NCBI GenBank assembly: GCA_964016885.1
Contig: OZ024745.1
Coordinates: forward strand, 96,100,001 to 96,164,000
Direction of reading: 5' to 3'
Source: Eledone cirrhosa
Taxonomy: Eukaryota
Length of the DNA: 64,000 bases
Shown here: in pieces, positions 12,446 to 25,719 of the stretch
How the letters are laid out: every line of letters begins with the position of its first letter
Numbering within the stretch: the first letter of the stretch is position 1
Made by a program: the position numbers and the translations under genes
Notes under the pieces: model-generated
Told to the model about the DNA's origin: nothing
The model's database searches: none
The model's input: the letters and a program-made list of their open reading frames with translations, nothing else

Positions 12446-15400
12446 TTTTCTTTATTAACCACAAGGGTTTACATAAAGTAGACATTAAGGACAGTACAGG
12501 ACAATACAGGACGGTACAAATGGGCATTTCTGCGTGTAAAAAAAACAGAGGATGAAATAAAATAACAAAGAAAAATTCCCCAATAGGGGGGAGACTTCCG
12601 AGGGACATTTGTGGAGAAAGCCCATTAAAAGACCACAGTGGCCCTGACCACTAGGGCAAGTGCCCTCTCCCAGTTTTCCACCTTTAATTTACAGACACAT
12701 ACTCAGAGAAGGCCCATTCATTCGGGCCATACTTGCTTCTCTCACCCATCTTTCAACAAAATGCTGGGAAGAGAGCACTTGCCTCTTTACCCTGATTTTC
12801 CTTTTCAGATGAAATTTGAAAAAGTTAATCAGGGCATCACCGAAGAGGTAAGTGCTCGTCTTCAGCCCTTTCAAACGTGTCCACCATACTATCTCTTTCG
12901 CCATGGCCACCAGACAGATAAAAACTGCCTGCCCTTCCCGGCTAAAGGAAGAGGGCGGGGCAATCCTCATGATGGACTCAGCTGATAGCTGGACCCGTCC
13001 TACACGTGACAGCAGGTGTTCAACATAAACCCACAAGTCAGCAATGCTCGGACACTGGACGAGTGCGTGCAGGACGGTTTCGTCGCCCTGTGCGCATCTC
13101 GGACATGCCCGGCTGACGGCACCTCCATGCCTGTAGAGTTTATCCCGAACTGGCAAGGCTCCTCGGTAGCACTGCCAGGCCAGGGATTTCTGGAAGTTGT
13201 CCATAGGCCCCGGCCCGAAACTCCTTCCGAAGAGATTGGCTAGTTGATTTTCGTCGACGCCTAGAGTTTCTCCAAGTATGTCGTCGCTCTTCCCCTCCAC
13301 TAACCCTCTATAGAACGACAAGGTGGAGTTTCCACCGATCACATTGCCCAATTGGTCGGGGGCTGTGAGCACCTGAAGACATTCCAGTCTCCAAGCGCTC
13401 CCTCTCGGTCTTCGCTTGACCCAGGACTGCAGCTCCGTCAGGGAGACGAGCTGGGGAAAAACGTGTCTAGCAAACGGCGACCACACCTGATCACCGTCGA
13501 GGAAGAGGTGGAGATGTCGTAGCCTGAGCGCGTGTCTGCGCATCATCAGTCACGGCATGCCCAGACCTCCACGCAGCGGGTGTTGATGCAGATGGACCAC
13601 CTGACCATCGGAGCGCGTCCCTTCCACAAAAAGCGAAAGAGCAAACGCTCCAGCGCAGTCAGGCGGGGCTTAGGACAAGGTACGACGGTCAGGCGGTAAT
13701 AGATGATGGACGCGATGTACGCGTTAGCCACCTCCGCTCGACCTTTCAGGGATAGCTTCCTCTCCGCCCATTTCTGGGTGAGAGAAGCCACCCTGCTCAT
13801 GACCTCGTCCCAGTCTTTGTCCGTCTGGATGTCCGGACCGAACCAGACCCCTAGCAATTTAACCGGTCCGTCCGTCCAGCACCCGACGACGCCATTGGAT
13901 GGCATGGACCTGCCTCTCCAGGTGCCGAGCTGCAGGCCCACTGACTTTTCCTGGTTGATCATTGCTTCTGTCACCGCTTCGTATTCTCTTAGTGTAGTGC
14001 CGATCGCCTCGATGTGTTTGGCGTTCGACACCACTACGCATCCTAGTTCGCGCGGGACCCCCTCAACGTCTCCAGTTTGTGCAGTAATGGCTCGAGAGTC
14101 AATACGTACAAGAGGGAAGAGAGGGGACATCCTTGGCGGACCAAGCGCATGATGTTGAACGGTTCCGAAAGGTGACAGTTCACTCTCACCACAGAGCAGA
14201 TGTCGCTGTGCATGGCAGCGATCCAGCCTCTGACGACGGGCCCAAAGCCAGCCGCCCTCAGGACTGACGCTAGGTAACGATAGTCGACCCTATCGAAAGC
14301 TTTCGACTGATTTAAATTGATCAAGGATCCACCCGTGCCAGGTTCCCTAGCTACCCTCTCTACGATGTATCACATGAGGTGGAGGTGTCGTGGATGGATC
14401 TGTCGGGAATGGCGCATGTCTGCGCCTCTCCCACCAGACCACCAACGACAAGCGCCAACCTCTTTGTTAGTACCTTGGCCAAAATCTTGAACTCTGTGTT
14501 TAGCAGAGTTATGGGCCTGATATTATCTATGTTATCCCCCTTGTTTGGATCCTTTCTGAGCAGCGCCAGAGCTCCTAAAGTCCATCCCTCGACCCGGCCC
14601 GTCGCTGCTCCCGAACAGCTGAGCGAAGTGTCGCTGAAAATCTTCACACATTTGCCCAGGATCGAGTAGCATGCGCCTGTCGTGGTCCACCAAAGACCGG
14701 ATCGTGGCTTTGTTGCCACGACACGCCTCCGCCACTTGGGCCCATTGAACGGCTTTCGTCCCCTCGTGTCTGAGAGCACGCACCCTAGCTCTGACAACGC
14801 AGCCTTCGTGCTTTGCATTGAAGAATTGGTCAGGGGCCAATTTCGCCGCAAGCACGTCGGTCTCGATGCCTTTGCTAAGCGCCTCGTCTAATTTTCTAAC
14901 TAGTTCTCTCTCTGCTCTATTTTTTTCTATTGCTAAAGCCTTACTAAACCTAATGGATTCTATTCTAATCGCTCTTTTCAGAGCAAACCACCACTTGTTG
15001 TTGACGACGGCCCCCGTCAACGCCCGCTTAACTAGTTCGCTAATCCGGTCTCTGTAGACCTTGCGCGCTGGTAAGGACGCGTTTAGCTTCCAGAAGCCGG
15101 GTCCTCGTCTATGAAGCCTATCTAAGTCAACCACACAGATCACGAATTTGTGGTCTGTGTAGCTGACTATCTTGAATTGTGGACAGCCTATGCTAGACCT
15201 ATCTATTTCCCTACAAAATACTCTATCTAGATATGATCTGGATGACCCTATACGATTTGTCCAAGTCCACATTGGCACATTCGGGAAATCCATCGGTACC
15301 TGTCAGACAGTTCCAAACGCCTGAGCAGGTTCGTGAGGCTCTTGCACCCTCCTCTCCTATCCGCTAATCCCACACAGTCCCAGCGTCCATCTAAGATCCC

Positions 15401-18015
15401 GTTCCAGTCGCCCACTAACACTAAAGAGCAGGACGTTCCAAGAAAGGTCTCCAGATGCCGGAAGAAATCAGGCCGCCCTGCTCCTGTCGAGGCATAGACG
15501 GCCACTAGCCTGAAAGCTTGCCCGTCTCCACTGGTCACGTCCAGCACCACCAACTTACCTTCTTGGTCCAGGAAGATGGCCCGTATGGCGAGATCCAAAC
15601 CTCTCCGAAAAAGCGCAGCAACTCCTCCCCCCGTTCCAGGACGGCTGGGAGATGCGTACACATTGTAGCTGCCGAAGATCGGTGCGAAAGCCCGTGCTTC
15701 GGAGATTCTGGTCTCGCTGATGGCCACTACATCTATGTTTAGTGACTTGAGGTCTTTGAGCAGGTGGCCCTGCTTCCATGACGACCCCAAGCCATGCGCA
15801 TTTATGCTGCCTATTCTGAGTGAGGTCATGTTGAAATGGAGTGGAAAAGATGGGAAAGACCACTTACCTTACTTCTCGTAGAGGAAGGATGGTTTGTCCA
15901 TCCTTTTCACTGCTTGTGGCCTCCTCCGGAAGGATGTCCTTATAAATCCTCCTGGAGAGTGCTTGTCGGAAGTCTCCGATGTCTTTGAGGAATTTTTGTT
16001 TTCGTGTCGTGTACATTTTCTGTGTGATGCGAGTGATTTGTATGTGTGGAGGTGGTGTGAACTTTTGGGTTGTTGTGTAGTCTTTTTCTGTGATGCTGCT
16101 CTTGTATTGGATGTAGTGTAATAATTGGTTGTTGTTCAAATTTAATGCTGTGTAGTGTGTATCGTTTTGGTTGTTTTGTTTTGTTTGCGTTTGTTGTGGG
16201 TTTGTTTCTGTTTCGCTTTTTGGTGACTTTTGTGGTGTTGGAGATGGTGGTGTTGGGGTTAATGATCGTGATGGTGTTGGTGTTTGTGGTGATGGGGTTG
16301 GTGATGCTGGTGTGGATGGTAGCATATCTGTCCTAACTTTTTTGTTTGATAGTTTATTTGTTTCCCTCTGTATTTTGTTTTTGAAGGGGGAGGGAAGAGA
16401 ATTTTTTCTTTTTTGGTTTCTTTTTTTCTTTTTTCCTGATACCGTTTCCCACTCCTCGTCGTCACAATCTGTCTCCAGTTGTGACAGGCCAGGGAATGGA
16501 ATATCCTCCACAGGCGTTGGTTTTGGCTGTGGCTTGGTGGATGGTGTAGGCGCTGGTGCTAGTTCTGGTGCATTGGGTGGTGGTGGTGTTGGTTGTGCTA
16601 CTGTTTCTGGGGTTGTTGCTGTTACAGTTGCTTCTGTTGTTGCTGCTACAGTTGTTGCTGCCATCTCTGCTGCTGGTGGTGTTGATGGTTGAGTCACTGG
16701 GGTGGGTAAGAGAAGTGGCCTCAACCTTTTAGCCTGGGGGCAGAAAGCCCTTAGGTGGGTTCCTTCACCACAAACGACACACCTAGGCCTTCTACCCTCG
16801 ACGATTACGGTGAGGTGGCTGCCGTCACTGAGGTCTATTACCTCTGGGATCTCCTCAATGCTTTTTTGGTCCGCTTGGATCAGGAGCTCCATCCCAGATC
16901 CGAACGAGTTCTCCTGCTTTTCTTTCGCTCGCTATTTCGATTATCTTGGTGTGGCTTTGATGCCAGCGAAGACGGCAGCTATTAGTCAGGGAATTTCGAT
17001 GGCCGGTGGAACGTGGGTCACCCTGATCTTCACGAGTCTCTGGCCACAATAGCTTGGGACGAGTATGAAGTAGTCACTTCTTAATGGGGCCATGGAGTGT
17101 TCTCTGGCCTCCTGTGGTGTTTCAAAGAACACGTCCACGGTTCCATATTTCTGCCCACGTCTGATGTGGGTTTTTTTTGCCCACACATGTCCCAAAGGTT
17201 TTGGGATTTGGGACTCGGATGCCCGTTCCACTCGGCGCGATTTTATGTTAATCGTCCGATAAGACACGGTGCATAGGCGCCGATGCTCATTTTATTAGGT
17301 GTGGGGGGGGGGGGGGGGGGGCTGACCCTGTACCCATCTTTCTTTACCATTTTTTTGGCTTCTTCTAATTCCTCCTGAGTTACCTGGAATGCTTCGCACT
17401 GTTTTGCTACTCTGGCAAAATTCAGGGTGGTTTTCTTAATTTCATTGTTGCTGTTGTTGTTATCGTTATTTTTGTTATTGTTAATTTTAGTTTCAGTTGT
17501 GGTGTTGGTGGCGTCAGTGGTGTTCGGTGTGGAAGAATTCATTTTGGTTGAATTCATTTCGATATTACGAGTTAATTTATTTTTTTCTTTTGTTTCTGTT
17601 GTCGCTGTGATGGTGGTTGGGGTGGCGGCTTTAATACCTGCAGTCATTGGTAATGGCGGGAAATGAATGTCTGCCTGAGACAAATTTAAAATATTGCTAC
17701 TGCTTATATTTTTAGTGTTGGCAAACGTAGTAATATTTACAATGGCGGTGTCGGTGTGAGGTGTTAGTTTGTGAGGAAGGTGTGACTCTGGGTCATCCAT
17801 GATTTTTTTCAAATAAATTTTTGTTTGATAATTATAAAAGTTTAAATTTTATAATTAAAAGTTTAAATCGTTTTGAGTGTCCTTTTCAGAAAACAATGTA
17901 TGTGCACTTATATACAGTTAACAATAAAATGTTTCCATAAATGGCAATTTTAAACAACTGAAAACTACAAACCTTTGCGGAGCTCACGATGATATGATTT
18001 ACTACGTAGGTCGCC
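12445..18015 (-). mobile_element. Tx1/L1-clade LINE copy 1, near full length and disabled
   Basis: ORF1 fragments 15864-17812 with zinc knuckle CVVCGEGTHLRAFC; ORF2 fragments show APE (GSINAHGL, VGDWN, SYLDR, YTDH), RT (RPITLLN, KAFDRV, VRQGCPLS) and CPRC..ETVLHALVQC; frameshifts present; (ATT)n tail. Confidence 0.92.
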
Positions 18016-18033
18016 AATAATAATAATAATAAT

Positions 18034-20484
18034 GCTTTCTTTATTAGCCACAAGGGTTTACACAAAGTAGACATTAAGTACAGTACAGGACAATACAGGA
18101 CGGTACAAAAGAGCATTTCTGCGTGTAAAAAACAAAAAAAACAGAGGATGTAATAATAGAACAATGAAAAAATTCCCCAATGGGGGGGGGGAGACTTCCG
18201 AGGGCCATCGTGGAGAAAGCCCACTAAAAAGCCACGGTGACCCTGACCACCAGGGCAAGTGCCCTCTCCCAGTTTTCCACCTTTAATTTACAGGCATATA
18301 CTCACAGTATGTCCACTCACGCGGGCCATTCTTGCCTCTCTCACCCATCTTTCAACAAAAAGCTGGGAAGAGAGCACCTCCCTCTCTACCCTGATTTTAA
18401 TACATGACGGACGCGATGTACGCGTTAGCCACCTCCGCTCGACCTTTCAGGGATAGCTTTCTCTCCGCCCATTTCTGAGTGAGAGAAGCCACCCTGCTCA
18501 TCACCTCTTCCCAATTTTTGTCCGTCAGGAAGTCCGGACCGAACCAGACCCCTAACAATTTAACTGGCCCGTCCATCCAGCGCCCGACGACGCCGTTGGA
18601 GGGCATGGACCTGCCTCTCCGGGTGCCGAGCTGCAGGCCCACCGACTTTTCCTGGTTGATCATTGCTCCTGTCACCGCTTCGTATTCTCTTAGTGTGGTG
18701 CCGATTGCCTCGATGTGTTTGGCGTTCGACACCACTACGGTGACATCTTCCGCATATGTTGACACGAATCTTCCGCATCCTAGTTCGCGCGGGACCCCCC
18801 TCAACGTCTCCAGTTTGTGCAGTAATGGCTCGAGAGGGACGAGAGGGGACATCCTTGGCGGACCGATGATGTTGAACGGTTCCGAAAGGTGACCGTTCAC
18901 TCTCACCACAGAGTAGATGTCGCTGTATATGGCAGCGATCCAGCCTCTGAAGACGGACCCAAAGCCAGCCGCCCTCAGGACTGCCGCCAGATAATGATGG
19001 TTGACCCTATCAAAAGCTTTCGAATGATCTAAATTGATCAAGGAGCCACCCGTGCAGGTTCCCTAGCAACCCTCTCCACGATGTATCGCATGAGGTGGAG
19101 GTTGTCGTGGATGCATCTGTCGGGAATGGCGCATGTCTGCGCTCTCCTACCAGACCACCAACGACAAGCGCCAACCTCTTTGCTAGCACCTTGGCCAAAA
19201 TCTTGAACTCTGTGTTTAGAAGAGTTATGGGGTGAAATTATCTATGTTATCCCCCTTGTTCGGATCCTTTTTCAGCAGCGCCACCGCTCCTCGGCTCACA
19301 GAGATGGGAATTCTCCAGTTCTGTTGCCAGTTGCAGTAGACGTCCGCCAAGAGGCCTCCGAACAAGTCTGGCATCTGTACGTAAAGTTCATAGGGCAAAC
19401 CATCCAAACCAGGCGATTTACCCCTTGTGCAGCCAGTCATTGCCTCCCATACTTCAGCTGCTGTTATCGGCTTTTCGCAACAACACCGCCTCAGTGGCCG
19501 AGAGCTGCGGCAGTCCGTCAAGGTAGACACTAAAGTCCATCCCTCGATCCGGCCCGTCGCTGCCTCCGAATAGCTGAGCGAAGTGTCGCTGAAAAGCTTC
19601 ACACATTTGCCTGGGATCGAGTAGCATGCGCCCGTCGTGGTCCACTAGAGACCGGATCGTGGTTTTGTTGCCACGACACGCCTCCGCCACTCGGGCCCAT
19701 TGAACGGCTTTCGTCCCCTCGTGTCTGAGAGCACGCACCTTAGCTCTGACAACGCAGCCTTCGTGCTTTGCATTAAAGAATTGGTCAAGGGCCAATTTCG
19801 CCGCAAGTACGTCGGTCGCGATGCCTTTGCTAAGCGCCTCGTCTAATTTTCTAACTAGTTCTCCCTCTGCTCTATTTTTCTCTATTGCTAAAGCCTTACT
19901 AAACCTAATGGACTCTGTTCTAATCGCTCTTTTCAGAGCAAACCACCACTTGTTGTTGACGACGGCCCCCGTCAATGCCCGCTTAACTAGTTCGCTAATC
20001 CGGTCTCTGTAGGCCTTGCGCGTTGGTAAGGACGCATTTAGCTTCCAGTAGCCGGGTCCTTGTCTATGAAGCCTATCTAAGTCAACCACACAGATCAGAG
20101 CGGGATACTAAAGAGCGGGACGTTCCAAGAAAGGTCTCCAGACGCCGGAAGAAATCAGGCCGCCCTGCTCCTGTCGGGGCATAGACGGCCACTAGCCTGA
20201 AAGCTTGCCCGTCTCCGCTGGTCACGTCCAGTACCACCAACTTACCTTCTGGGTCCAGGAAGATGGCCCGTATGGCGAGATCCAAATCTCTCCGAAAAAG
20301 TGCCGCAACTCCTCCCCCCGATCCAGGACGGCTGGGAGATGCGTACACATCGTAGCCACCGAAGATCGGTGCGAAGGCCCGTGCTTCGGAGATTCTGATT
20401 CTCGCTGATGGTCACCACATCTATGTTTAGCGACCTTAAATCTTTCAGCAGGTGCCCCTGCTTCCAAGACGACCCCAGGCCATG
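18034..20484 (-). mobile_element. Tx1/L1-clade LINE copy 2, 5'-truncated and internally deleted
   Basis: Colinear and highly similar to copy 1; deletions at about 18399 and 20100; YAED in place of YADD. Confidence 0.92.
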
Positions 20485-21399
20485 TAAATAATGACTAGAA
20501 AACAACAACCAAATAACCTCACCGCCAGCACCACCGCCGCCGCCGCCGCCGCCACCATCGCCATCACCACTACCAAAAAAATCTAGCCAAATACAGACCG
20601 GCACCATCCCGATAGTACTGCTGCCCCATCGCCACCGTCGCCACTGCATCATCGCTACCGCCACTATTCCCTCCCTACTGAAGAGAGGGGTGGTGATGCC
20701 GCTACACATGAAAAGAAGCGAGGAAGGTATCAAAAGATATAAATAGACTTGGTTAGTGACTCGGTCAAACAGCTAACAACAACAACACCAAAATAATTAT
20801 GTTATTATATCTCTAAACTCTCTCAAAATGTTTAGTTTAAACGATATCAAATCTAAACTATAATATAATAATAATCTAAACTATAATATAATAATAATCT
20901 AAACTATAATATAATAATAATAAGTGCTTCTGGTTTTGGCACGGGGCCAGCAATTGTCCCGGTGTGTTGCAGGTGCTTTGTGGTGTCGGCCACGTAGGGA
21001 TGAAAGAGAAAAAAATTATAGTCGAAAAATTATGGAACAGAACACAGAACGCAACAACGGACACGGGTTTCAAAAGTTTTGAACACAACAACCCCTACTT
21101 CCCTTAGCAGCAGCAGCAACAACAACACTAGTAACCGATGTTACTGGCCTTGTCAAATGAAAAACGCAAAGGAGAAAAACAAACAAAGAGGGGAGAAAAA
21201 AAGGAAAGAAAAACTAAGTCAGACAAACATTACAATGAAATTTGTGTTTGTTTTTGTTGTTTTTGTTTTTTTAGGTTTTTATCTATTTGTTTGTTTGTTT
21301 ATTTATGTTCGTCTACAGCGTGATGGTGCCACGCTAAAATCACCGGGAGTCATGAAATCACTGGGAGTGATGAAATCACTGGTAGTTATGTAACCATAC

Positions 21400-24300
21400 A
21401 TTCACCAATCCTCGATATGAGTGCTTAAATGTCGAACCTAAACAGTTCGAATAACGGTGAAGTGGAGACTGGAATGTCATGTGACAGACTCTCGCCCAGC
21501 AGGTGCTCCCTGGCCCAGCAGCAGGAACATGGCTGTCATCCAAATACTGCTGGTGTTAGAGGAAGAGGAAGAAGGAAAGGGACCAGAACCAACTGGACGA
21601 AAGAATTGAATAGAGCTGTTATGCAATGTTACCTGAAGAGTAACCCCAAGGAAAAAGGCTATAGGAAACGGATGCATAACATCTGGAACGAGATTGGTCA
21701 ATTTAAATTAGATGAAAAAAATTGGCCAGGCAGGCTCGGGTAATAAGAACTAATGGGTGGATAAGCGAGCTGGAACTGGAGGAACTGAGCAGAGAGATTA
21801 GGTTGGAAATGGAGAGTGGAGTATGCCAGGCAAATGAGCCAGTGGGAAATGAAGGTGAAGAGGTTGAGAGAACGGAGGAACCATCCGAAGCAGACAATGA
21901 TCTGAATGCTGAAATAAATAATACCTGGAACAAAGATACGGCCATTGAGGAAATGAATGCTGACGGGCTAGGACAAGATTTGGTTGATATCCTAAACTTA
22001 GTGGTAGATGAAATGAACCTAAGATTTGTAGACAGGAAAAAGTTAAAAGAAACAACAGCTAAGGTAAACAAAGTCATCCCATACCTTGAGGCGAGGAGCT
22101 TTCACCAGTACAACATATCCTCAAAGCAACAGCAAATGTGGTGAGGAAATTACTTGGCATAAAAGTGAGAGGAAACAACAAACAAGAAAGATCAGAACCT
22201 TGGTGGAAGAAACGACTGAATGGTCAAATCAGGGAAATGAGAAATGACATTGGAAAGCTTGAGTCCCTACTGAATGGGACACTAAAAAACATAGACACTA
22301 AAAATAGACTGGAAATAAAGTACAAAACTAGGAGGAAAAAGCTAAATATTATCATAGAGGAACTGAAGCAACGCATTGTAGCAAAGAGTGCAAAAATTAG
22401 GCGATACGAGAGCAGAGTCAGTCAGTATAGACAGAACCGCATATTTGACAACAACCAGATGTTGTTTGGACAGCTTGAAGGGAAAGAAAGAGGCAACGAC
22501 TTGATCCCTGAGGCGGAACAAACTAAGACATTCTGGAGAGGAATATGGGAGCAGGATGTTAAACATAATGACCAGGCAGTGTGGATTGAGACAGTACAAA
22601 AGGAGATTAGTGAACAGGCACACCAACAAACTGATTTGAGTATCACAGTTAAAACTCTTAAGGGGCAGGCCAAAAAACTAACCAACTGAAAATCACCAGG
22701 CCCAGATGGTGTGCAGGAGTATTGGATTAAAAATATAACATCCCTCCACCCAAAACTGACAACCATGTTCAATGACTGCTTGATGTCAGGTGAGGTACCA
22801 GAGTGGTTGACAAAAGGTACCACAGTTCTGGTAATGAAAGACTGAATCAAGGGTAATGATGTTACCAACTATAGACCTATCACATGTCTGTCCGTAATGT
22901 GGAAACTGTTAACAAGCATTGTGTCTGAGGAAATCTACCATCACCTCCACTCAAACAACTTGTTACCGGACGAACAGAAAGGATGCCGAAAGAAGTCCTG
23001 TGGTACAAAGGACCAGTTACTTATTGATAAGATGGTAATGAGGAATTGCAAAAGGAGACACACTGGTCTTGCCATGGGATGGATAGACTACAAAAAGGCA
23101 TTTGACATGGTGCCTCAATCTTGGATCACCAAAAGCCTAGAGATCTTCAAGGTGGCAGATAACATCAGACAGTTGTTGGGCAAAATTATGAAGTCCTGGA
23201 AAACAGAGTTAACATCAGGTAGAGAATCCTTGGGAGGAGTGAAGATCAAGAGAGGTATCTTCCAGGGAGATAGTTTGTCCCCTCTGCTGTTTGTCCTTGC
23301 CCTGATGCCCCTGACCATTATACTGCGAAAAGTGAAAGCAGGATACAAATTGGGAAAGGGAGAGCTTACCATCAATCACCTCCTCTTCATGGACGATCTT
23401 AAGCTCTTTGGGAAGAGTGAGAAGGAGTTGGATGTTCTTGTTGACGCTGTCCATATTTTCAGCAATGATATATGTATGGAATTTGGTATTAGTAAGTGTG
23501 GAGTCCTAGTGATGAAGAGGGGTAAATTGAGCAGAAGCAACGGAATCCAGGTACCAACAGGTGAGATGATAAAGGAAATTGACACTGAAGAAGGATACAA
23601 ATATTTAGGTGTTCTGGAGGCTGATGACATCAAGAACAAAAAAATGAAGGAATTAATAAGATCTGAATACATTCAGAGAGTAAGGAGCGTATTAAAATTA
23701 CATCTGAACAGTAGGAATGCCATAAGTGCAGTAAATTTCCGAGCTGTGTCTATTATTAGATACAGTGCGGGAATTCTGAGATGGAATGTTGCTGAACAAA
23801 AAGAAATGGATAGGAAGACTAGGAAGCTATTGACTATCTACAACATGTTCCACAAGAAGAGTGATGTCGATAGACTCTACTTAAGGAGATCTGAAGGTGG
23901 AAGAGGTCTTATCAGCATAGAGGACTGTGTTCAGATGGAGAAAAATAACCTAAACAAATACGTGAGTGATAGTAGGGAGCCAATGCTCAGAATTGTACTG
24001 AAGGAGAGGACAATAGATCAGGGGATGTCCAGGAGGAAATAACAACAAGGAGAAAGAGCAACCTTCATGAAAAATCCATTCATAGTACCTTCTTTGAGAA
24101 AACTGAATTCAGAGATCCACAGACATGGAACTGGTTGAAAAGAGGAGACCTTAAAAAGGCTACAGAAGGAATGCTAATGGCTGCACAAGAGCAGGCCCTC
24201 AAAACGAAGTGGCTGAAACACCATACTTACAAGGAGGAGGCTAGCCCACTGTGTAGGATCTGTGGAGAGAGAGAGGAGACTGTGGCTCACATTGTATCCG

Positions 24301-24900
24301 AGTGTAAACACCCAGCCCAGACTCACTATAAGGGCTGGAGACATGAAGTGATGGGCAGGGTGATCCACTGGCACCTATGCAAAGTAAACAACTTACCACA
24401 TTCTGAGAAGTAGTATGAGCATAAGCCAGAGTCGGTGATAGAAAACGATCAGGTGAAGGTGCTGTGGGATTTTAGGATACAGACGGACAAAAAACTGGAA
24501 CACAATAGACCTGACCTGGTGGTTTTGGACAAGGAAAAAAGATCATGCCTGATTGTGGATGTGGCCTGCCCATTCAACACGAGAGTGCAAGAGAAGGAGA
24601 GGGAGAAAATTAACCGATACCAGGACTTAAAGTGGGAGGTAAAAAGGATTTGGAACTGCCATGAAGTCAAAGTGGTCCCGATTGTCATAGGCGCACTAGG
24701 TACTATCTCAAAGAGTTTCCAAGGATGGTTAAAGAAAATTGGCCCCGCCCCGCTTTTTGAAACACTTCAAAAGGCATGCTTGCTGGGAACAGCAAGAACC
24801 CTCCGATACGTCCTGAATATCTGAGGCTGCAGGTAGTGGCTTTATATTCATTTCAACAAACTTTCCAGTTAACTAACATCAATGACTGAGACTCAAAATC
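21400..24900 (+). mobile_element. R4/Dong-clade RLE LINE, near full length and disabled
   Basis: RT motifs [36 protein letters not shown] and FMDDLK; CCHC motif CRIC..ETVAHIVSEC; endonuclease RPDLVV..DVACP..EK..RY; internal stops; (AAT)7 tail at 24901-24921. Confidence 0.92.
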
Positions 24901-24918
24901 AATAATAATAATAATAAT

Positions 24919-25704
24919 AATTACCCAGTGTATTATTGGTACTTTATTTTATCGACCCCATAAGGATGAAAGGCAAAGTTAACCTCAGCGGGATTTGAAC
25001 TCAGAATGGCAAGGGCCGTAACTCTATGCGTCAAAGCATGGCGTCTGACCCGCTACCGATACTGCCAATTCACCGCTAAATAATAATTGTTTCTACGTTA
25101 GGCACAAGGCCAGCAATTACCCAGTGCATTACTGGTACTTTATTTTATTGACCCCATAAGGATGAAAGGCAAAGTCAACCTGGGCGGGATTTGAACTCAG
25201 ATCGTAAAGGGACGTAACTATGCTGGAAAGCATGGCGTCCATCCCTCTACCAATACTGCCAATCCACCGCTCCTAATAATAATAATGGTTTCTTATATAG
25301 GCTCAAGTCCAGCAATTTTGGGAGAGGGGAAGTCAGTTAAATCGACCCCAGTGCGTGACTAGTACTTTATTTTATCGACCCCATTAGGATGAAAGACAAA
25401 GCTAACCTTGGCTAGATTTGAACTCAGAACAGAAAGGGCCATAACTCTATGCTGTAAAACATAGTGTCTGATGCTCTACTAATACTGCCAATCCACCACC
25501 TTAATAATAATATTAATTGTTTCTACTATTGGCACAAGGCCAGAAATTACCCAGTACATTACTGGTACTTTATTTTATCGACCCTGTAAGGATGAAAGGC
25601 AAAGTTAACCTCGGCGGGATTTGAACTCAGAATGGCAAGGTCCGTAACTCTATGCGTCAAAGCATGGCGTCCGACCCTCTACCGATACTGCCAATCCACC
25701 GCCC
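24919..25704 (-). mobile_element. Four head-to-tail SINE family A copies separated by (AAT)n
   Basis: Units at about 24919-25077, 25086-25272, 25286-25500 (variant) and 25517-25704. Confidence 0.85.
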
Positions 25705-25719
25705 AATAATAATATTAAT

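Noticed and set aside
13016-16692. Plus-strand ORFs over the Tx1 element
   Set aside because: They are antisense shadows of a GC-rich LINE coding sequence.
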